Shown here one piece after another: positions 53,903-57,296 of a stretch of DNA of 57,296 nt (position 1 is its first letter; every line of letters begins with the position of its first letter). The stretch covers positions 1 through 57,296 of IMG/VR virus record IMGVR_UViG_3300010052_000003. One strand, 5' to 3'. A program made the position numbers and the translations under genes. This stretch comes from a virus (Duplodnaviria; Caudoviricetes). Below the pieces are notes generated by a model. That model was not told where the DNA came from and ran no database searches. It saw only the letters and a program-made list of their open reading frames with translations.

Positions 53903-54345
53903 CCGACCGCCGTCGGATCTACCTCGCCTCAAGCTGGCGCAATCCCGCGCAGCCCGAGTTAGTCGGCTGGCTGCGCGCTTGGGGCCATGAGGTCTACGAC
54001 TTCCGCAACCCGCCTAACGGCGTCGCCGGCTTCGCGTGGTCCGAGATCGACCCGGACTGGAAGAACTGGACCGCCGAGGCGTACATCCGGAACCTGACGA
54101 CGCACCCCATTGCGGCGCGAGGATACGTGACCGACTTTCGCGGGATGGAGTGGGCGGACACCTGCGTGCTCCTGCTCCCTTGCGGACGCTCGGCGCACCT
54201 CGAAGCCGGCTGGTTCGCCGGTCGCGGGAAGCGGCTCGTGATCCTTACGCGCAACGGCGAAGAACCGGAGCTGATGGCGCTCATGGCGAACCACATCGTG
54301 TCGGATCTCGACGGCCTCGCCGACGCGCTGGGAGGCGGGCGATGA
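53899..54345 (+). CDS. nucleoside 2-deoxyribosyltransferase-like protein
   Basis: IYLASSWRN, D..GMEWAD, SAHLEAGW..GRGK. Confidence 0.78.
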   Translation: MTDRRRIYLASSWRNPAQPELVGWLRAWGHEVYDFRNPPNGVAGFAWSEIDPDWKNWTAEAYIRNLTTHPIAARGYVTDFRGMEWADTCVLLLPCGRSAHLEAGWFAGRGKRLVILTRNGEEPELMALMANHIVSDLDGLADALGGGR

Positions 54346-54734
54346 CCGGCGTCGACATCCCCGCCGACAACCTAAAGAGCCGATGGAAGGCGTGCGAAAA
54401 GGAGCGCCTGGCGATCGTCGCCGAGCGCAACCGCCTTGCTGCGCGGGTCAAGGAGCTCGAGGCGGAGCGAGATGAACACCTGGAGGCGTCGGCAAAATAC
54501 CTTGTCGCGCTCACAGACGCTTCCGCACGCGTAAAGATGCTCGAAGCTGCGCTGAAGCCGAGCGCGGAGACGAAAGCAGCATACATCGGCGAATTCAGAG
54601 TGCCGTGGCCCGATATTGACGAAGAGGGCAATGAGTACACGCGCCAGATCAACGTTCCATGGACCACGATCAAGGAAATCATGGCCGCGATCCGAAGCTA
54701 CGCGGTGGGCGCAGTGAAGGTAGAACCCTCATGA
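54342..54734 (+). CDS. hypothetical coiled-coil protein
   Basis: [26 protein letters not shown]. Confidence 0.65.
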   Translation: MTGVDIPADNLKSRWKACEKERLAIVAERNRLAARVKELEAERDEHLEASAKYLVALTDASARVKMLEAALKPSAETKAAYIGEFRVPWPDIDEEGNEYTRQINVPWTTIKEIMAAIRSYAVGAVKVEPS

Positions 54735-54958
54735 AGCGGCTCATTCTCTTCGCCGCCGGCATGTACTTCGGCGCGGGCTTGTTTTCGGCGCTGCTCATGA
54801 AGCAGGCCATCCCGGCCCTCAACCCTCTCGGCATCAGCTACATCGGCGCGACGTGGCCGGCGCAGATCTACTGCGCACGAACGTCGCGGGGGTGCAACGC
54901 GATGCCGCCCGAGTGGCTGCGGCCCTACTTTTTCACCTTCCGGGGGGACAACCGGTGA
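54731..54958 (+). CDS. small membrane protein
   Basis: N-terminal TM; coupled. Confidence 0.55.
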   Translation: MKRLILFAAGMYFGAGLFSALLMKQAIPALNPLGISYIGATWPAQIYCARTSRGCNAMPPEWLRPYFFTFRGDNR

Positions 54959-55320
54959 ACCCGATTGCTGAACGCCTTCGGCGGCTAGCCCACCCTGACG
55001 CCGAGGCAATGCACGACGGTGACCGACTCACCGAATTCGTTCACGCGGGCTTCGACGGGGCCAACGAGATCGACCGCCTTCACAAGCTCATGTTCGAGTT
55101 CCCCTTCGGTCCAATGCCGTTTGGCACCCGCGTCCGAAAGAAGCACGGGTCGTCGTGGCAGGGCCGGATCGTGGGCTTCTACAGCACCTCACTGACGCCC
55201 GTGGGCTACGCCGTCGAGTCGGAGCGCGAGCCTGGCTCGGTCCAGATCTACCCCGCCGCAGCACTTGAGGTGGTCACAGACCGCGAGGCAGCAGGCGCCC
55301 CATCGGAGCGACCCTCATGA
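54955..55320 (+). CDS. protein with DfrB/R67-type dihydrofolate reductase domain
   Basis: [51 protein letters not shown] active-site motif. Confidence 0.92.
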   Translation: MNPIAERLRRLAHPDAEAMHDGDRLTEFVHAGFDGANEIDRLHKLMFEFPFGPMPFGTRVRKKHGSSWQGRIVGFYSTSLTPVGYAVESEREPGSVQIYPAAALEVVTDREAAGAPSERPS

Positions 55321-55790
55321 GCATCAATCGCGCAATCCTCTTGGGACACGTCGGCCGTGATCCGGAAGTTCGATCCACGACAGGTGGCGACAAGGTCGCA
55401 AGCTTCTCCCTCGCCACGTCCGAGTCCTGGAAGGACAAGGCGACCGGCGAGCGCAAGGAGACGACCGACTGGCACCAGGTGGTCGTGTTCAATCAGAACC
55501 TGGTCGGCATCGTCGAGCAGTACGTCACGAAAGGCTCACGCGTCAGCGTCGAGGGCGCCATCAAGACCCGCAAGTACACGGCCAAGGACGGCGGTGAGCG
55601 CTACGTCACCGAGATCGTGGTAGGCCGGTTCGACGGCCGCATCGGCCTCGAGGGCAAGCCGAGCGCCGGCCCTCAGCGCGAGGAGCACGGCTACGGCTCC
55701 ACCCGCACCCGAGACAACGCCGGAGCGCAGCAGGCCGCGCCAGCCAGCTCGGCGGGGCGCGGCGATCTCGACGACGACATTCCGTTCTGA
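55317..55790 (+). CDS. ssb: single-stranded DNA-binding protein
   Basis: [21 protein letters not shown] tail. Confidence 0.95.
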   Translation: MSINRAILLGHVGRDPEVRSTTGGDKVASFSLATSESWKDKATGERKETTDWHQVVVFNQNLVGIVEQYVTKGSRVSVEGAIKTRKYTAKDGGERYVTEIVVGRFDGRIGLEGKPSAGPQREEHGYGSTRTRDNAGAQQAAPASSAGRGDLDDDIPF

Positions 55791-55818
55791 TGGTCAGGAG
55801 TGGCCCAGGTGCGATCCG

Positions 55819-56076
55819 ATGAGTGAGCGAAGAGCAGCCGATCCCTTCTCGTATCCTCCCCGCGGCCTCGGCCTCGAGGAAGCCGCCCGCTACCTCGGAA
55901 TCGGGCGGACGAAGTTCACCGAGCTGGTCGACCGCGGCCGCCTGCCGCGCGCCAAGAAGATCGACGGCCGCAAGGTGTGGGACCGTATCGCCCTCGACCT
56001 CGCGTTCGCCGACCTGCCGGAGGACGGCGGGAACAAGATCGATGCGCTCTTGAATGGATCCGGCAGAGCGGCTTGA
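55819..56076 (+). CDS. excisionase
   Basis: PRGLGLEEAARYLGIG..F.ELV..RKVWD. Confidence 0.85.
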   Translation: MSERRAADPFSYPPRGLGLEEAARYLGIGRTKFTELVDRGRLPRAKKIDGRKVWDRIALDLAFADLPEDGGNKIDALLNGSGRAA

Positions 56077-56084
56077 CTGCCGTC

Positions 56085-57152
56085 ATGACCGACCAGTACC
56101 CCAACGCCGGAACATACGTCGACCGCCACGGCAAGACCCGCTGGCGGTTTCGGCGCAAGGGCAAGACCATCACGCTCCCGGGCGGGCCAGGCGATCCGGA
56201 GTTCGAAGCCGCCTATTCCGCCGCCGTGCACGGCTTGCCAGCGCCGAAGCCGGCGCCGGTGGTCCGCCTGCCGACGCCGGCCCCGCGCACCTTGCGAGCC
56301 TGCTTTGCCGGCGTGCAACGCACAGCAGAGTGGCAGCAGATGGCCGAGGCCTCCCAGCGCGACCAGTCTCGTGTAGCCGAGCGATTCCTGTCCCGCCCGG
56401 TCGTGAAGGAAAAGCCCGACACCTGGGGCGACATGCCCGTGGCGGATCTGAAGCGCTGGCACGTCAAGCTGCTGATCGGCGAGATGTCCGACACGCCCCA
56501 CGCCGCCGGCCACGTCCTGCGCTGTATCCGCAAGCTGATTGGCTACGCCCTCGATCGGGAGTGGGTGGAGACCGACCCGACGCATCGCTATCGCTACCGG
56601 CCGGAGATGGGCGGGCATCGGGCCTGGACAGACGACGAGCGCGCGAAGTTCGAGAAGCGCTGGCCGACCGGAACGACGCCGCGCCTGGTCTACGCGCTGG
56701 CCCTGTGGACGGGCTCACGCCGAGGTGACCTCACGCGGATCGCCTGGGCGGACCTCGAGGCAGAGGTGCTGACGATCGAGCACGGCAAGACAGGTGCGCA
56801 GGTCGTCCTGGACGCCCTGCCGCCGCTGGTGACGGAACTGGAAGCCACTCCGCGCCGGGGCGACACGGTGCTCGTCACCGCCTACGGCAAGCCGTTCAGC
56901 GACAAGAGCCTGACGGGACGGTTCCGAGACTGGACGACGGCGGCCGGCCTCGACGGCTGCACCCTCCATGGCCTCCGCAAGACCTTCGGGACCATGCTGG
57001 CCGACGACGGCGCAACGACGAAGATGACGCAGGCAGCACTGGGCCACACCACGATCCAGCAGGCGGAACTCTACACGGTCGCGGCCGATCGCCGGCGGGC
57101 AGCAAAGGCCGCGATGGCGCTGCTGAAACGCAGGTTCGCCACAGATGGCTAA
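56085..57152 (+). CDS. tyrosine integrase (prophage)
   Basis: GSRRGD, HGLRK, LGH..ELY. Confidence 0.95.
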   Translation: MTDQYPNAGTYVDRHGKTRWRFRRKGKTITLPGGPGDPEFEAAYSAAVHGLPAPKPAPVVRLPTPAPRTLRACFAGVQRTAEWQQMAEASQRDQSRVAERFLSRPVVKEKPDTWGDMPVADLKRWHVKLLIGEMSDTPHAAGHVLRCIRKLIGYALDREWVETDPTHRYRYRPEMGGHRAWTDDERAKFEKRWPTGTTPRLVYALALWTGSRRGDLTRIAWADLEAEVLTIEHGKTGAQVVLDALPPLVTELEATPRRGDTVLVTAYGKPFSDKSLTGRFRDWTTAAGLDGCTLHGLRKTFGTMLADDGATTKMTQAALGHTTIQQAELYTVAADRRRAAKAAMALLKRRFATDG

Positions 57153-57186
57153 CCCTGTTGGCTAACCGCCTAATAAGTTATTGAAA
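57146..57186. promoter_or_regulatory. integrase arm-type repeats and IHF-like site
   Basis: TGGCTAACC at 57146 and 57159; matches at 11024 and inverted at 11063; TTTCAATAACTTA on minus strand. Confidence 0.55.
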
Positions 57187-57197
57187 TCAAAGGACTT

Positions 57198-57296
57198 TGG
57201 CGGTCCCGGGAGGACTGCCGTTCAGCCGAAAAACGCAGGAAAATCAGCGGGTGTGTGGCGAACCGGTTTTGCTGGGTTTTCCGTCTGTTCCCGTGG
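57198..57296. repeat. attP-type junction (core plus phage left arm)
   Basis: Exact copy of 10966-11064 rather than the expected tRNA body. Confidence 0.9.

Larger units (their letters stand above)
10966..57214. mobile_element. temperate prophage, 46.2 kb, lambda-like head with Mu-like contractile tail
   Basis: Integration, immunity, replication, packaging, head, tail and lysis modules between att cores. Confidence 0.95.

Overview
GC-rich alphaproteobacterial-type DNA (GcrA homolog, suhB/alpha-r8-like RNA) made almost entirely of two mobile elements integrated in tandem at the 3' end of one tRNA (core TGGCGGTCCCGGGAGGA, reverse complement TCCTCCCGGGACCGCCA; the tRNA gene itself is outside the window). 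(1) 372-10982: a 10.6 kb phage satellite with xis/int, a RecA-type helicase, a probable iteron origin, a lambda-type cos site 55/69 identical to the neighbouring prophage cos, a full-length TerS plus a second TerS-like protein lacking the DNA-binding domain, its own protease-major capsid fusion (no portal, TerL or tail), an XRE repressor, and an AT-rich DUF3800 + putative nuclease + convergent structured-RNA cassette. One satellite ORF is split by the att core and is rebuilt in frame only after excision, which would couple int to the replication genes. (2) 10966-57214: an apparently complete 46.2 kb temperate prophage with a lambda-like cos/GpA/portal/ClpP-capsid head, a Mu-like contractile tail, a lysis cassette, a CI/Cro switch with operators, primase/helicase with an iteron origin, BrnTA, a methyltransferase, GcrA, a SLATT cassette and a DfrB (R67 DHFR)-like domain. 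The last 99 bp repeat 10966-11064 exactly, so the window ends on an attP-type junction (circular or tandem phage form). All family assignments come from motif recognition by eye, not database searches.
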